From the sequence record NC_041994.1: a stretch of DNA of 64,000 nucleotides, one strand, 5' to 3'. Made by a program: the position numbers and the translations under genes. Under the pieces are notes generated by a model. The model saw only the letters and a program-made list of their open reading frames with translations. It did no database searches and was not told the origin of the DNA. Below, in pieces: positions 28,112 to 37,709 of the stretch. Each line of letters begins with the position of its first letter. The stretch's first letter is position 1.

Positions 28112-28712
28112 CCAGTACGAGGAAACCTACCGGTCGCTGCCAGAGTTTCTCGATGCGTGGAAGGACTACGACATCGACCTCAACCGGATTATCCGCTGGG
28201 ATATCAAAGAGGTGAAGGAAGACTTCCCTAAACCGGAGGATATGGAAGAACGTGACTACGAACAATTCGGTCCATGGGGCACTCAATACGCTATGCTGCA
28301 CTTCGTAGCGCCGCGTAAGGGCCACACGTTCACGAACCGTATCCTGAACCTGAAATCGGGTGATATCCCACGTTTGTTTACGCTGCTCAAGAAACATTGG
28401 GACCACACGCAGATGCTCTGGGACCCACTGCCCAACATTGAGTACATCCCACCCTCTACGCCGCGTAGCCGTTTCGTGTCGAAGGTACGTGCCATTACTG
28501 ACATGTACACCATCGTCCCGTCTGGTGATCCTGAACACATCCGTAATAAAAGCAACGAGCGTGTGGTCGGTGCTGTGCGTGACGTGCTGGGGTTGATTGA
28601 TGACAGCTATATACTGCTGGAACAACCAGAGCACGACGACGTACCACTGGACCCGGGCTTGAACATCGCGGGGGAATTAGCCAAGACTTACTTTGATGAG
28701 ATCAACTCATGA
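28011..28712 (+). CDS. Two-domain protein: DHPYY-type phage domain plus C-terminal INN module
   Basis: GAGG SD. N-terminal DHPYY...DLNRIIRWD...APRKG; C-terminal VLGLIDDSYILL...[16 protein letters not shown]. Confidence 0.8.
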   Translation: MSTVAIEHRLKETIATPTDLLKALSVDHPYYHSSQYEETYRSLPEFLDAWKDYDIDLNRIIRWDIKEVKEDFPKPEDMEERDYEQFGPWGTQYAMLHFVAPRKGHTFTNRILNLKSGDIPRLFTLLKKHWDHTQMLWDPLPNIEYIPPSTPRSRFVSKVRAITDMYTIVPSGDPEHIRNKSNERVVGAVRDVLGLIDDSYILLEQPEHDDVPLDPGLNIAGELAKTYFDEINS

Positions 28713-29626
28713 AGGAGTTCGGACAGATAGATACGTTGGCGCTGTATAAGCGCCTTCGCCACCGTGAACCTAAAAACTACCGACTGGATCGAATACTCAT
28801 GTCAGGCATCAATGAATCGGATGATGTGAAGGAACCCAAAGTAGAGGAGCTGGGTCAACGTGGCTTCGCTGCCCTGCGTCGCAACATCTTACCCGGCACC
28901 CGTGCATTGCTGCGTATCTCGGACAAACCGCTTGACCTCAGTAAACTCAATCCGAGCTATCTTGAACAACTCAAACCAGAGCCCGTTGTAAAACCGACGG
29001 CTTCTATGGTCATGCTGACAATCGAACTGTTGTCACGCTTGGCGACAGAGATGGGTGATGTCGCTCACTCTGAAGAAGGCTACACGGACTTCGATGGGTT
29101 TGCGTTTGCGGCTATCTACGTGGACCGTGTGATCAAGGAACAGTTCGCAGGTGAGCTACCGTCGCCGATGCACATGGAGCTGCTGAGCCGGATGCATCTG
29201 GACCCACTGCACAAAAACATGGCGGACCGCGATTATCTAATCGAACCGGGTCGGTTGAATACCACTGACCGGGTGTTGGGTCTGGTGCGTGACTTCATTT
29301 CCTTTACCTTGGACCGCCACTGGCCAGACGAACATCTGGAGAAGCTGGCCAAGATGAAGGAAGTGGACAAGCAGCTCCACTACATCGTCGCTCCATGGCT
29401 GCGCCATCGCCGTAACACCGATCAACGCATCGTGCATGTACCGAAACCACACGGTCTGTATCACGATGGTTGGTTGTATCAGAAATTGTTAGACGCCCAA
29501 CAGCCCCAAGATCGGGACTTCTTCAACGTGTGGACAACCGAAGACAGCAACCGACTTATTCCGCGTGACGTACTCGAACGCGCTGTCGACCCATCACTAC
29601 CCCCTTTTAAGAAGGACGATGTATGA
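28709..29626 (+). CDS. Hypothetical protein
   Basis: ATGA coupling; 305 aa. Confidence 0.8.
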   Translation: MKEFGQIDTLALYKRLRHREPKNYRLDRILMSGINESDDVKEPKVEELGQRGFAALRRNILPGTRALLRISDKPLDLSKLNPSYLEQLKPEPVVKPTASMVMLTIELLSRLATEMGDVAHSEEGYTDFDGFAFAAIYVDRVIKEQFAGELPSPMHMELLSRMHLDPLHKNMADRDYLIEPGRLNTTDRVLGLVRDFISFTLDRHWPDEHLEKLAKMKEVDKQLHYIVAPWLRHRRNTDQRIVHVPKPHGLYHDGWLYQKLLDAQQPQDRDFFNVWTTEDSNRLIPRDVLERAVDPSLPPFKKDDV

Positions 29627-30366
29627 GCATCATGAACGACCGCTGGATCATTACCCAGTGCGAACCACCCACCCACGTGGTGAACGTCCACACGCCCGGT
29701 CGTCCTGACGAACTCGCTTGGGCTGGACTGACTCACGAACCAGAACATCTTGCTCGTCTCGTCAAGAACTTCCATGCGCATTTGGTGACAGACGAGATCC
29801 TCCAGCGGGATCTCGAATGGCGTCCGATGATCGAACCTTTTGTGCGTGAATGCGTGCGTGAGGTTGAAGACTCCAAGGTCATCTCCTACGGTGTTTCCAG
29901 CTTCGGCTATGACGTGCGTCTGGCTGCGGAGTTCAAGATCTTCACTAACGCTAACGGTGGTGTGATCGATCCGAAGCGCTTGGACGAGTCGGCGGTGTTG
30001 ATCGATGGGATCGTGCGCACTGACGAGTGGGGTGACCGCTACGTCATGCTGCCACCGAACAGCTACTTACTCGGTCGCACCATGGAATACTTCATTATTC
30101 CACGGGACATCATGGTGGTCTGCCTCGGCAAGTCGACCTACGCCCGCTCTGGCGCGATCGTCAACGTGACGCCTATCGAAGCTGAGTTCGAAGGCAACGT
30201 GGTGATTGAGATTTCCAACTCGACCACCCTACCGATGAAGATCTACGTCGGTGAAGGTGTGTCGCAATTCTTGTTCCTCCAAGGTAACGAGCCATGTATG
30301 GTCTCCTATAAAGACCGTGGCGGGAAGTACCAAGGCCAAACAGGGATCACCCACGCAAAGGTGTGA
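29623..30366 (+). CDS. dcd: dCTP deaminase with an N-terminal insertion
   Basis: [60 protein letters not shown]. Confidence 0.92.
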   Translation: MSIMNDRWIITQCEPPTHVVNVHTPGRPDELAWAGLTHEPEHLARLVKNFHAHLVTDEILQRDLEWRPMIEPFVRECVREVEDSKVISYGVSSFGYDVRLAAEFKIFTNANGGVIDPKRLDESAVLIDGIVRTDEWGDRYVMLPPNSYLLGRTMEYFIIPRDIMVVCLGKSTYARSGAIVNVTPIEAEFEGNVVIEISNSTTLPMKIYVGEGVSQFLFLQGNEPCMVSYKDRGGKYQGQTGITHAKV

Positions 30367-30367
30367 C

Positions 30368-30718
30368 ATGTCAGAAGAAACCATCCGGCTGCAAAATCTT
30401 CGTGAAATCTGTCATTACGTCATTCTCCGTGACTTAAAGATGGGTGAAGATCTTCGCGATCGGGTGGTGGCGTTGAATGAGACTCTGAAGCGGACCTATC
30501 CAGTGGATACCCGCTTCGGTTTTATGTTGTCTAACGACCACAGTCTGATCAACATCACCCCCGAACAGATTCGCCCGGCCAGCGAACAGATGTACTTCCA
30601 CTGTTTCCGTATGGGCCCAGACAACATCATCACTGAAGAAGTGGTGGCGTTCTGGTTGGTCGACTTTAGACTGGGTGTCATCGATGACCAGTCAGCCAAC
30701 ATTTATACACTCCAGTAA
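30368..30718 (+). CDS. Hypothetical protein
   Basis: AGGTG SD; ATG 1 nt after the dcd stop. Confidence 0.7.
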   Translation: MSEETIRLQNLREICHYVILRDLKMGEDLRDRVVALNETLKRTYPVDTRFGFMLSNDHSLINITPEQIRPASEQMYFHCFRMGPDNIITEEVVAFWLVDFRLGVIDDQSANIYTLQ

Positions 30719-30724
30719 GGGATT

Positions 30725-31738
30725 ATGATGCGGCACGAATTTTCTGTGCTTTACCACCGTGGTTGTAATGACGGTATTGCTGCCGCGTGGGCAGCGCGTG
30801 AGCGTTTAGGCTCCGGTACAACTTACAGGCCGTATCAGTACGGTGATGCTGTTCCCGATGGCTTGGTCGGTAAGCATTTGATCCTTGTGGATCTGTCTAT
30901 GCCGGCAGACCTGATCAAAGAACTCTTGCGCAGTGGCGTGTTGTCGGTGTTGGTGATCGACCATCATAAGACCGCCATCAAACACCTCGCCGCGGCTAAA
31001 GCCGTACCGTGCCACACCTTCGACCAGTACCTGGCATTGTTGGATGCTGGGAACCTCGTCCACATCAAGGTGTTCAAGTCATTCAGCTTGAACCACTGTG
31101 GTGCGGTGTTGACGTGGGCATTCTTCAACAACCACGACTGGCAACTCCCAGAAGAACTCTGGCGTCCACTGATGCCTAAGGTCCTCACCTACATGGAAGA
31201 CTACGACCTGTGGAAGCGTAAGCTGCCATACGTCGATGAAGTCAATGCCTGGCTGATCAACGGTAACCAAAAGATGGAAAACGTCGCCAAGATCATTCTA
31301 CCCAATGGCGATATTCACCCTGAAGTACTGAATGTCGGTATCGCGCTAATCAACTACGATCGCAAGATTGCCAAGTCGGTAATCCGCGAGTACACCCGTG
31401 AAGTCATCCTCGACGATGGTAAGCGGATGGCTCTGATCAACGCACCGCATCACCTGCGTAACATGATCGGTGACATGCTGGCTGAGCAGTACGACATGGT
31501 GGCCTGTTTCACCGTACGTCGTGAGAAGGTCATCTACAGCCTGCGATCGGGTGGTCGTTATGACGCCACGGTATTCTCCGAGGCATATGGCGGTGGCGGA
31601 CATGCCGACGCAGCTGCATTCACCACACTGACGATGGGTTTGCCTGCCATCGCTACCCAAATGCCTTTCCACAAACTGACGCTACGGCGTCGTCTGCGCA
31701 ATGCGTGGACAGCCCTCACCGCACGGAGTTCATTGTAA
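30725..31738 (+). CDS. DHH/DHHA1-family phosphoesterase (oligoribonuclease NrnB-like)
   Basis: YHRGCNDG, ILVDLS, VIDHHKT, HCGAVLTW, MEDYDLW, SLRS, YGGGGHADAAAF. Confidence 0.85.
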   Translation: MMRHEFSVLYHRGCNDGIAAAWAARERLGSGTTYRPYQYGDAVPDGLVGKHLILVDLSMPADLIKELLRSGVLSVLVIDHHKTAIKHLAAAKAVPCHTFDQYLALLDAGNLVHIKVFKSFSLNHCGAVLTWAFFNNHDWQLPEELWRPLMPKVLTYMEDYDLWKRKLPYVDEVNAWLINGNQKMENVAKIILPNGDIHPEVLNVGIALINYDRKIAKSVIREYTREVILDDGKRMALINAPHHLRNMIGDMLAEQYDMVACFTVRREKVIYSLRSGGRYDATVFSEAYGGGGHADAAAFTTLTMGLPAIATQMPFHKLTLRRRLRNAWTALTARSSL

Positions 31739-32130
31739 TGGCCGAACGTTTCGAAGGACACGGACATGAGCCTATCGCTCGATTGATCGCAGGCAATTTG
31801 TACACGACCAAAACCGAACCCCTGAAGTGGGCCGGTGAAAAGGGCGGTGGTATGTGGGTACCGATTCGTGAGGCGATCTTCCATCCGTTTCAGTGGGCGG
31901 GATGGTTGGTGTATCGCATCACGTATTACCAGCGCTTTCCAGCTGTGATCGAGGAGCGTTGGCTTCGTCTTGGTTGGAACGAAGTTATGCGTATCCCACG
32001 TACCGATGGCGATGGTTACCATCTAGTACCTCGTCGCCCTGAAGGTGAGAAGAGCTACTGGGGCCGCTTCAAGCACGCCTGGGCCGTGTTTCGTGGCAAA
32101 GCTGACGTTGTGTACTGGATGGGCCAGTAA
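31738..32130 (+). CDS. Hypothetical protein
   Basis: TAATG coupling; conserved-looking C-terminus RFKHAWAVFRGKAD. Confidence 0.75.
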   Translation: MAERFEGHGHEPIARLIAGNLYTTKTEPLKWAGEKGGGMWVPIREAIFHPFQWAGWLVYRITYYQRFPAVIEERWLRLGWNEVMRIPRTDGDGYHLVPRRPEGEKSYWGRFKHAWAVFRGKADVVYWMGQ

Positions 32131-32170
32131 CGGCATAGGGAGCCCCGTAGGGCTCCCGTGTTTATTCCCT
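32131..32170 (+). terminator. CGGCATA-hairpin-TATTCC element
   Basis: CGGCATA-GGGAGCCC-cgta-GGGCTCCC-gtgtTTATTCC. Confidence 0.65.
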
Positions 32171-32184
32171 AAAGAAACTGAGGC

Positions 32185-32193
32185 CTATATCAC
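32185..32193 (+). promoter_or_regulatory. CTATATCAC putative promoter
   Basis: AAACTGAGGCCTATATCAC; near-identical context at 39164-39181. Confidence 0.55.
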
Positions 32194-32270
32194 CAGAGTG
32201 CATTAATAGAAACACCTATGCCGTACGTGACGTAGTCACAAACTCCATCTACTATCAAAAGGATACACCC

Positions 32271-32672
32271 ATGCCACAAATCAAAGGCGATTCCATCTAC
32301 CTCGACATCGACGGTGAAGCCAACGTACGTCTGGACCTGTTCCCTCGTGACCAACCCCTGGACATCGATCTGATCATCACCGGTACTCAGATCACCGACA
32401 ACGAAGACGACAGCACCGACATGGTGAATGCGTACTTCCGTGCCAGCAAACAACAACCCGACGGCTCGTGGAAGGAAATGCGCGGTAACGATTTCTCCTA
32501 CGCCTTCCAGCGTCAGGCCCAACCACAACTCGACGCCCTTGGCCAGGAACACTCCGGTCCGTGGCTGTGCAATCAACACCACGATTACAAGTACACCCAC
32601 ATCCCGCTGCATCTGCCGCGTGAACTGAACAAAGACATCTTCAAGAACCCACTGGGTAAGAAAGACGTCTAA
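32271..32672 (+). CDS. Hypothetical protein
   Basis: AAGGA SD; strong codon bias. Confidence 0.8.
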   Translation: MPQIKGDSIYLDIDGEANVRLDLFPRDQPLDIDLIITGTQITDNEDDSTDMVNAYFRASKQQPDGSWKEMRGNDFSYAFQRQAQPQLDALGQEHSGPWLCNQHHDYKYTHIPLHLPRELNKDIFKNPLGKKDV

Positions 32673-32718
32673 CGCAAAAGGGTGAGGGGTACGCCCCTCA
32701 CCTACCTAAGGAGTTGGT

Positions 32719-33495
32719 ATGTCTTGGCTTAACTGGTTGGGTCGCAGTGGTTTGCCTGTCGTTTCTTTTCAGGATCAATGTCGAACCATCCTGAAGAAGG
32801 GTGGGTTGCCTTGTTTTTCTGTTCGTTGGACTAAGAACCAGCTGGATGATTATTTCGTTGTTCAGTTTGTTAATGACGATGGGTCCTACAACGGGGCTAC
32901 CCTAAGCGACCTTCGCTCACCGGGTGTAGGCCAATGCGTCCTTCGTGAAGAATACGTGGATCGCATGGGGCTTGTGGATATCGATTCTGTCCTAACGAAA
33001 AACGGGTCAGACTCGCAGCTTTTGTGGGCCAACATCCACACGCTCGCCCAGAAGTTACCCTACGACGTGAAGGTGTGCGTACTCACCTTGGCTGACGGTC
33101 AACCGGTTTGGGTTAAGGGTGCGTTCAATATCAATGACGCTGGGTTTAGCGCTGAGTGTGTCTACGATCACCCGAACAGCACCAGTGGTGTAAAAGCTGT
33201 TTTCATCAGCTGGGAACTCATCCCTTATTACGTCGGGACGTTCCACTACCAATACACCGAGGAGCGCATTGAGGACTTCACGTACCACGGTTGGATGGGT
33301 AATCGTGTTACCGAAGAAGCCAAAGACAAGCACACCCAAGGCATCCTCGATACGATCCGCCACAACCTGGATTTGGAACTTACCAAACCCACCTTGCTAC
33401 AACGGCTAGAAAAGAATCTTGAAAACCGCAAGCTGCTGGATAAAGAGCTTGCTGAACTTATCCAACTGATGAAGAAACCAAATGTACACGAGTAA
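32719..33495 (+). CDS. Hypothetical protein
   Basis: AAGGAG SD; C-terminal coiled coil. Confidence 0.75.
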   Translation: MSWLNWLGRSGLPVVSFQDQCRTILKKGGLPCFSVRWTKNQLDDYFVVQFVNDDGSYNGATLSDLRSPGVGQCVLREEYVDRMGLVDIDSVLTKNGSDSQLLWANIHTLAQKLPYDVKVCVLTLADGQPVWVKGAFNINDAGFSAECVYDHPNSTSGVKAVFISWELIPYYVGTFHYQYTEERIEDFTYHGWMGNRVTEEAKDKHTQGILDTIRHNLDLELTKPTLLQRLEKNLENRKLLDKELAELIQLMKKPNVHE

Positions 33496-33979
33496 CGTCG
33501 ACATCTGGATTGGTTTGCTGTTAGTTGCTAACAGTCCAAACCGGGTTGTGAAGAAAACCGTACTGGCGTTGATGACGAACGCGCACCCCTACACCAAACG
33601 TGGCATCCTCACACGAATCCTTAATGCCCGTATGATGGGCAAGGAGATCGTCAACGCAGCTAACGGACTGGATGACGCCGATGAAGAGATCCGCAGCTTT
33701 GTCCATGACGGTTACGATGGCTTTGCTCAGATCGTCTACGGCGGTAAGCCTGAGTTCTTTCCCTTCCGTGTGAGCGTTAGCAGCATTGAAGACGAGACCT
33801 GGGCTTACGCCAACGAGAACATCATCCGTCTGACCATCGCTGACATCGTCATGCGTAAACTGGAAGTCCCTAAGCTGACGGCGCGGGTGTTCTTGTTCAG
33901 TGAAGGCGGTTGGTCTGGTAAGCACGAGGACGTCACCGTGATCGATGAACAGTTCGGGAAGAAGCCCAAGATAGACTAA
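33482..33979 (+). CDS. Hypothetical protein
   Basis: Overlaps the upstream stop; 165 aa. Confidence 0.75.
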   Translation: MYTSNVDIWIGLLLVANSPNRVVKKTVLALMTNAHPYTKRGILTRILNARMMGKEIVNAANGLDDADEEIRSFVHDGYDGFAQIVYGGKPEFFPFRVSVSSIEDETWAYANENIIRLTIADIVMRKLEVPKLTARVFLFSEGGWSGKHEDVTVIDEQFGKKPKID

Positions 33980-34033
33980 GATTTTTACTGTATTGGAGTA
34001 TTGTTTGTTATCCCTCCAATAAGGTAAGTCCTG

Positions 34034-34777
34034 ATGTCGCACCGTGAGCATATCCTGGCTATCAAAGCCCAACCACTGGCCGCACTGGCTGTCTTCAACA
34101 ACGCTGGCTTTACCCCAGCCACTGACGCGATCAGCAATGTGCTGTTCACTCAGTTCCACGAACACACCGAAACCATCTGGCGTGACACCGCGGAATTCTG
34201 GCCTGAGCAAAACGGTAAGCCGGTTGATCCGTTGAGCCACCAGCCAAGTCACCGTCAGGTCCTGCCATATGCACTGCTTACCCGTCGTGTTGATGGCGTG
34301 AAACAGACCAGCGTTTACCAGCGCGTCAAGGGTATCGGCGAAGAGCGTCTGCTCAAAGGTCACTCGATCGGTTGGGGTGGTCACCTCGCTGGTAAGGGCA
34401 TTCAGTACGACGAGCACGAGGGCATCGACACGTGGCCTTCGATCCTGGCTGGCCTGAAAGCTGAGATGGCTCAGGAATGCGGCGTGAACACTGATGACGC
34501 TGGCGTGACCGTGAAACTGCTGGGTTACATCCACAGCTACGCTTCGCCGGTTGATGCGCTGCACCTGTCAGTGGTGCTGGAAGTGGAAGTGCCGGCCGAC
34601 TACCCGGTATCGGTTACCGAGAAAGGCCTGAACTTCAAAGGCTGGTACACCGAAGAGCAGTTGTTCGCACTGTGGCAAGAACTGAAGTCGACTGACGTCA
34701 AGTTCGAAAGCTGGTCGAACTTCATCTTCGAAGCTTCGCTCAAAGGTCACCAAGGCGATGTAGGCACCCAGGCTTAA
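34034..34777 (+). CDS. Nudix-family phosphoesterase
   Basis: HRQVLPY, YQRVKGIGEERL, SIGWGGH, AEMAQECGV (variant Nudix box), VDALHL. Confidence 0.8.
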   Translation: MSHREHILAIKAQPLAALAVFNNAGFTPATDAISNVLFTQFHEHTETIWRDTAEFWPEQNGKPVDPLSHQPSHRQVLPYALLTRRVDGVKQTSVYQRVKGIGEERLLKGHSIGWGGHLAGKGIQYDEHEGIDTWPSILAGLKAEMAQECGVNTDDAGVTVKLLGYIHSYASPVDALHLSVVLEVEVPADYPVSVTEKGLNFKGWYTEEQLFALWQELKSTDVKFESWSNFIFEASLKGHQGDVGTQA

Positions 34778-34784
34778 TCGTTTT

Positions 34785-34815
34785 ATGGAACGGGGGCAAC
34801 CCCGTTCTATTCCGT
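34785..34815 (+). terminator. Hairpin-TATTCCGT element
   Basis: GAACGGGG-gcaa-CCCCGTTC-TATTCCGT. Confidence 0.6.
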
Positions 34816-34852
34816 ATCTACAGAAAACTCAAACGTAAGGAATCCTCGCACC

Positions 34853-35284
34853 ATGGATCATAAAGCGTACAACCGTAAGCTGGTCGAGCATTTGTTCAAC
34901 CTGCTCGAAACAGCACAGGGAGATCGCTGGTACATTCACTACGACCTGAACTTCATGGAAGAGAAGCAAGGGTTGGAACGCTACATGCAGCCCGATGGTG
35001 CGTTGGTTCTTAACTTCCATCCGGTGGCTTGCCGTAACTTCCACATCGGCGATGAGTTCACCACCTGCAACATGTCGCTGGATGGTTCCAAGCAACACCT
35101 GATCCTGCCACACAACTGCATCCGCGGTATCGTGTTGGAACTGGAGGAAGGTACTGTGCTGGTACCCGCCACACCGATCATGGCAGTAATGATGACCCCA
35201 CCTGCACCACCGGCGGATCTGATCGACGAGCCGGCTGTCCCCGAAACCCCGGACAACGTAGTTTCGTTGTTCCCTAAACACTAA
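34853..35284 (+). CDS. SspB-like (ClpXP adaptor) protein
   Basis: GALVLNFHPVACRNFHIGDE...SLDGSKQHLILP...GI core, then a Pro/acidic linker and a short terminal NVVSLF motif, matching SspB architecture. Confidence 0.65.
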   Translation: MDHKAYNRKLVEHLFNLLETAQGDRWYIHYDLNFMEEKQGLERYMQPDGALVLNFHPVACRNFHIGDEFTTCNMSLDGSKQHLILPHNCIRGIVLELEEGTVLVPATPIMAVMMTPPAPPADLIDEPAVPETPDNVVSLFPKH

Positions 35285-35301
35285 CCAACAGAGAGTAAAG
35301 C

Positions 35302-36870
35302 ATGCGTCAGTATCTTGACTTCCTCCGCTACATCCTCGAAACCGGTGAAGAAAAGGATGACCGTACCGGCGTGGGTACGATCTCCAAGTTCGGCTATCAA
35401 ATGCGTTTCGACGTATCGGGCTTCAAGGCGCCGTGGGTAACCACCAAGTTCTCCCACCCGAAGAGCATCGTCAGTGAATTGCTGGACCTGCTGATTGCAG
35501 GCACCGACGAGATCGACGGTATGGCCGCCGAGAACGTGACCATCTGGGACGAGTGGGTTAAAGACAAGACTCGCGTCTACGTCGACCTGAACGTGGCTGA
35601 GCGTATGGGTCGCGTCAAGAAAGCTGCGACCCAGGCGGCGTTCGATGCATTCCGTGACACTCTGTATTCGGCGGAAGAAGTAGAAGGCTGGGAATACATG
35701 CCTGCCTCCAACCGCTGGCGTGCCCCGAACGTCGACGCAACCCTGCATGCGTGGATTGACGAACATACCAAGGTTCCTCGCCGTAAGCTGGTCAAGGGTA
35801 GCCTGGGTCCTGTGTACGGCGTACAGTGGCGTCAATGGCCTGTGCTGCGTGAGACCCGTGCGTTGTCCCATCGTTCGGCTGCGCGCTTCGTAGAAGCTGT
35901 GGGCAAGCTCGACGAGCTGCGTGCACGCTTCGAAAACGAGTTCATGCTGGACGAGTGGCTGATGAAGGCCAAAGCATCCGTATTGCTCGACACCGAAGTA
36001 CCGGCTGATGCCGTGGTGGCACAGTGGCTGAACGAACACGGCTACGTATTGACCGAACAGGTTACTGTGAAGTCGATCGACCAGCTCGCTCGTGCGGTAG
36101 AGAAACTGAAGAACGATCCGAACAGCCGCAGCATTATGGTGTCGGCGTGGAACCCGGCGGATCTGGCAGACATGGCGTTGGAGCCATGCCACAGCTTCTT
36201 CCAGCTGTACAGCAACAACCTCAACAAGCAACAACTGGTCGGCGTGATCCTGCGCAGCCCATTGCTGCGTGTGGCCAAGCAAGTCCTGCCGCTGGAGTAC
36301 AACCCAGAAGAAACGTTCGTGCGTTACACCGAGAACGTCATGGCACGCAACGAAGACGGTACGCTGCAAACTATTCGCGACAGCAAGTTCGGTCCGCTGC
36401 GTGTAGTGGTTGAGCATCAGATCGGCGACGTGGTCATGGATCACGAAGGCAAGGCGATGGTCGTCGATACTGACGAAGAAGCTTTGATGCGTCTGGACGT
36501 AGCAGAACTGCGTGAATTCGCCGAGAAGTACGAACTGCCAACCCGTGGTCTGAGCCTGCAAATGTATCAGCGTTCGGCTGACGCATTCCTGGGTGTGCCG
36601 TTCAACATCTCCAGCTATTCGTTGCTGACCAAGCTGCTGGCACAGGTCGTGAACTTCGAACCACTGGAGTTCATCTGGACTGGCGGTGATTGCCACATCT
36701 ACAAGAACCACATCGAACAAGTCCGTGAGCAGTTGACCCGTAAGCCGAAACCTGGCCCGGCGGTGTTCATCAGCAACGACGTGACCGACATCGATCAGTT
36801 CAAAGCCAGTGACATCACGCTGGTGGATTACGAGTACCACCCGCACATCGCGGGTAAAGTAGCCGTTTGA
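35302..36870 (+). CDS. thyA: Thymidylate synthase (ThyA) with three large in-frame insertions
   Basis: DRTGVGT, TIWDEW, LGPVYGVQWR, NSRSIMVSAWNP, MALEPCH, YQRSAD, GVPFNISSY, GDCHIYKNH, YHPHIAGKVAV. Confidence 0.93.
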   Translation: MRQYLDFLRYILETGEEKDDRTGVGTISKFGYQMRFDVSGFKAPWVTTKFSHPKSIVSELLDLLIAGTDEIDGMAAENVTIWDEWVKDKTRVYVDLNVAERMGRVKKAATQAAFDAFRDTLYSAEEVEGWEYMPASNRWRAPNVDATLHAWIDEHTKVPRRKLVKGSLGPVYGVQWRQWPVLRETRALSHRSAARFVEAVGKLDELRARFENEFMLDEWLMKAKASVLLDTEVPADAVVAQWLNEHGYVLTEQVTVKSIDQLARAVEKLKNDPNSRSIMVSAWNPADLADMALEPCHSFFQLYSNNLNKQQLVGVILRSPLLRVAKQVLPLEYNPEETFVRYTENVMARNEDGTLQTIRDSKFGPLRVVVEHQIGDVVMDHEGKAMVVDTDEEALMRLDVAELREFAEKYELPTRGLSLQMYQRSADAFLGVPFNISSYSLLTKLLAQVVNFEPLEFIWTGGDCHIYKNHIEQVREQLTRKPKPGPAVFISNDVTDIDQFKASDITLVDYEYHPHIAGKVAV

Positions 36871-36875
36871 CGGTA

Positions 36876-36913
36876 AGACGCTAGGGGGTGTCCCCTAGCG
36901 TCTATTTTTATTT
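36876..36913 (+). terminator. Intrinsic terminator
   Basis: AGACGCTAGGGG-gtgt-CCCCTAGCGTCT then ATTTTTATTT. Confidence 0.75.
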
Positions 36914-36925
36914 CGTGGGGTCTTT

Positions 36926-37384
36926 ATGCGCAGTGTTACCTTTCTTGCTCAGATCGACGCTACGGCGCTCACAACACCCCACTACGTTATCAGCATCAGC
37001 GATAAAGAAGACGTTCGGTTTAGTTGTGAACATTTCGATGTAATGCGCTTGAAGTTTGAGGACATCGAACAGCACTGCGCTGGGCAAGAACTGTTCTCGG
37101 TACAGCATGCCCGTGCTGTGTTGAAGTGGGCTAAGCGAGTGCCCGATGGAGCAGCCGTGGTGGTGCATTGTCAGGCTGGGGTTTCTCGGTCTGCGGCTAT
37201 TGCAAAGTTCATGAACGACCATCTTGGGTATCTGCTGTTATTGGACAAACCCTGTTACGGCAAGCTGGACAAATACAACGGGCATGTTTATGGCCTGTTG
37301 CGTTTGCTTGACTCTGACCGTAGTGCCTTGGCGATGATGCTTGAAGAAGAGCAAGATCGCCAGTCTGTCTTAGTTAAATGGTGA
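36926..37384 (+). CDS. Protein-tyrosine/dual-specificity phosphatase (CX5R family)
   Basis: VVVHCQAGVSRSAAIA active-site loop; upstream VISISD and LKFEDI. Confidence 0.85.
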   Translation: MRSVTFLAQIDATALTTPHYVISISDKEDVRFSCEHFDVMRLKFEDIEQHCAGQELFSVQHARAVLKWAKRVPDGAAVVVHCQAGVSRSAAIAKFMNDHLGYLLLLDKPCYGKLDKYNGHVYGLLRLLDSDRSALAMMLEEEQDRQSVLVKW

Positions 37385-37388
37385 CGAC

Positions 37389-37709
37389 ATGAATCTTTCT
37401 ATTCAGTTACCCGACCCTCTGCGTATTGCCAAAGAAGGTCTGTTAGAAGAAGTCATGGCATCAGCGACCTACAACGCTGACTGGGCCATGGAAAAGATGG
37501 AGCTCAGCAATGAGACCCGGGAGCTGGTGCACTATGCTGCACGCCATGTGGCGGCGGGTGTGCTGGACATCATCGACGGGGGTACTGACCAAGGTCGTTA
37601 CCTACTGCTACCTATGTCGGTGGTCACGAACCTGACTGAGCATACGCCGAATCTGGCGGGTGAGTTGTCAGAAGCACTTCAAGACCTTTATGAGGGGATC
37701 AACAATTGA
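37389..37709 (+). CDS. INN-module paralog 1 (tandem array)
   Basis: LPDPL...VLDIIDG...YLLLP...PNLAGEL...LYEGINN. Confidence 0.8.
   Translation: MNLSIQLPDPLRIAKEGLLEEVMASATYNADWAMEKMELSNETRELVHYAARHVAAGVLDIIDGGTDQGRYLLLPMSVVTNLTEHTPNLAGELSEALQDLYEGINN

Noticed and set aside
35560-36560. ThyA insertions as inteins or introns
   Set aside because: The frame is continuous, there are no C/S...HN-C/S/T splice motifs or LAGLIDADG/HNH signatures, and the inserts are short.
35302-36870. ThyA as a dCMP hydroxymethylase implying modified DNA
   Set aside because: The specificity residue is Asn (VPFNISSY), as in true dUMP-methylating enzymes, and Dcd and Tmk fit ordinary dTTP synthesis.
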